Shown here one piece after another: positions 62,502-64,000 of a stretch of DNA of 64,000 bases. The stretch is from Candidatus Eiseniibacteriota bacterium (GTDB lineage: Bacteria > Eisenbacteria > RBG-16-71-46 > DASYSL01), in NCBI GenBank assembly GCA_031431875.1, contig JANPEF010000082.1:1-64000 (forward strand), read 5' to 3'. Each line of letters starts with the position of its first letter. Within the stretch, counting starts at the first letter, position 1. The notes under the pieces are model-generated. The model ran no database searches, was not told the origin of the DNA, and was given only the letters and a program-made list of their open reading frames with translations. Position numbers and translations under genes: made by a program.

Positions 62502-63890
62502 ATGCCCCTGCAGCCCGATGGAATGACCTATTTCGAGGACATCATCCAGTCGGTCGGCAACACGCCGCTCGTCCGCCTGAACAAGATGACCAAGGGCCTC
62601 CAGGCCACCGTCCTCGCCAAGGTCGAATCGTTCAATCCCGGCGGCAGCTCGAAGGACCGGATCGGTCTCTCCATGATCCGCGCCGCCGAGGCCGACGGGA
62701 AGCTCAAGCCCGGCGGCACGATCGTCGAGTGCACCTCGGGGAACACGGGCGTCGGCCTGGCCATGGCGGCGGTCGTGCTGGGCTACAAGACCGTGTTCTG
62801 CATGCCGGACAAGGTGGCGACCGAGAAGATCAACCTCCTCAAGGCCTACGGCGCCGAGGTGGTCGTCTGCCCCACCGCAGTCTCGCCCGACTCGCCCGAG
62901 TCGTACTACCAGGTCGCTCGCCGCATCGAACGCGAGCGGCCGAATGCGTTCCTCACCAACCAGTACGACAATCCGGCGAACCCGGCGGCGCACTACCGGA
63001 CGACGGGCCCCGAACTGTGGGAGCAGACCGCGGGCAAGATCGACGTGTTCGTCACCTCGATCGGCACCGGTGGCACGATCAGCGGCACCGCGAAGTACCT
63101 GAAGGAGAAGAACCCGAAGGTCCGCATCGTCGGCGCCGACCCGATCGGCTCGATCCTCCACCAGTGGTTCCACACCCGCACCATGGGCGAGGCGCACACG
63201 TACAAGGTCGAGGGCATCGGCGAGGACTTCCTGCCCGAGGCCTACGACTGGAGCGTGATCGACGACGTCGTGCAGGTGAACGACAAGGACTCGCTGAACA
63301 CGGCGCGCCGCCTCGCCCGCGAGGAGGGCATCCTGGTCGGCGGCTCGTGCGGCACCGCGCTGCACGCCGGGCTGCTCGAGGCGAAGAAGATGAAGCAGGG
63401 CGGCGTGATCGTCGTCATGCTGCCCGACACCGGCGAGCGCTACCTGTCGAAGGTGCACAGCGACGAGTGGATGCGCGACAACCACATGCTCGATCCGGCC
63501 GAGACGCGTGTCGCCGACCTCGTCTTCGGCAAGTCGGCCGGCGGGAAGGCACTGCTGTCGGTCGCGCCGGGCGACCTCGTGCGGAAGGCGCTCGACCTCG
63601 TCCGCGCCTACGACGTGTCGCAGCTCCCGGTCCTCGAGGGCGAGGCTTCCGTCGGCACCGTGTACGACGCGGAGATCATGAAGCGCGTGCTCGACGACCC
63701 GACGGTACTCGGCCGCACGGTGCGCGAGATCATGGACCCGCCGCTGCCGGTGATCGGCGCGCAGGAACCAGTGACGCGCGTGGCGCAACTCCTCAAGCAG
63801 AAGCACGCGGCGGTGCTCGTCTCCGCCAACGGGGGAGGACCCAGCGGAATCCTCACCCGTCTCGATGTCATCTCGCTGATCGCGGAGTGA
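62502..63890 (+). CDS. Cystathionine beta-synthase (PLP domain plus tandem CBS domains)
   Basis: VGNTPLVRL, KVESFNPGGSSKDR, TSGNTG, NQYDNPAN, GTGGT, YKVEGIGEDF, PDTGERYLSK, C-terminal CBS pair. Confidence 0.92.
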   Translation: MPLQPDGMTYFEDIIQSVGNTPLVRLNKMTKGLQATVLAKVESFNPGGSSKDRIGLSMIRAAEADGKLKPGGTIVECTSGNTGVGLAMAAVVLGYKTVFCMPDKVATEKINLLKAYGAEVVVCPTAVSPDSPESYYQVARRIERERPNAFLTNQYDNPANPAAHYRTTGPELWEQTAGKIDVFVTSIGTGGTISGTAKYLKEKNPKVRIVGADPIGSILHQWFHTRTMGEAHTYKVEGIGEDFLPEAYDWSVIDDVVQVNDKDSLNTARRLAREEGILVGGSCGTALHAGLLEAKKMKQGGVIVVMLPDTGERYLSKVHSDEWMRDNHMLDPAETRVADLVFGKSAGGKALLSVAPGDLVRKALDLVRAYDVSQLPVLEGEASVGTVYDAEIMKRVLDDPTVLGRTVREIMDPPLPVIGAQEPVTRVAQLLKQKHAAVLVSANGGGPSGILTRLDVISLIAE

Positions 63891-63892
63891 GC

Positions 63893-64000
63893 ATGGTGCG
63901 CATCGACGCGAAATCCGGCCTCGGCACCCGCGCGATCCACGCGGGCAACGCCCCCGACCCGCGCACGGGCGCGGTCGCGGTGCCGGTGTACCAGACCTCG
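63893..64000 (+). CDS. Cystathionine gamma-lyase/synthase family protein (5' part only)
   Basis: MVRIDAKSGLGTRAIHAGNAPDPRTGAVAVPVYQTS, the typical N-terminus of the Cys/Met metabolism PLP family. Runs off the window edge. Confidence 0.85.
   Translation, partial: MVRIDAKSGLGTRAIHAGNAPDPRTGAVAVPVYQTS

Noticed and set aside
57372..63806. 2144-aa reverse-strand ORF and other long antisense or alternate-frame ORFs (e.g. 32224-35868, 17579-19906, 207-2570)
   Set aside because: These are shadow frames of high-GC genes. They have no motifs, and recognisable genes occupy the same DNA.

Overview
Very GC-rich bacterial chromosomal segment with about 50 genes. No rRNA, tRNA, CRISPR array or transposase is recognisable. 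Gene order (tgt-yajC-def-fmt-rsmB-PASTA-rpe; porX-tsaE-tsaB; accD-folC-lptD) and several secreted proteins ending in a FlgD-Ig/T9SS-like C-terminal domain suggest a diderm FCB-superphylum organism, possibly Ca. Eisenbacteria-like (inference only). The left 29 kb is accessory: surface proteins with Ig, cohesin-like and dockerin-like domains, a Ser/Thr kinase, biotin carboxylase genes, a P1B-5 ATPase, xfp-ackA and malQ. The right part is mostly housekeeping. The main find is a hidden selenoprotein at 61008-62360 that the ORF track splits in two. It has an N-terminal export signal, a Cys-Gly-[TGA] motif followed by a SECIS-like hairpin, a degenerate UshA/SoxB-like metallophosphoesterase domain and a four-CxxCH cytochrome c domain. 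It has its own promoter with twin palindromes and lies directly upstream of cystathionine beta-synthase and a gamma-lyase-family gene. Other notable items: co-located PorY-like and PorX-like genes, a cohesin/dockerin-like surface pair, RsmB with a ~400-aa Arg-rich repeat extension, a TsaB-RimI fusion, a probable CTG-initiated folC and two gene remnants.
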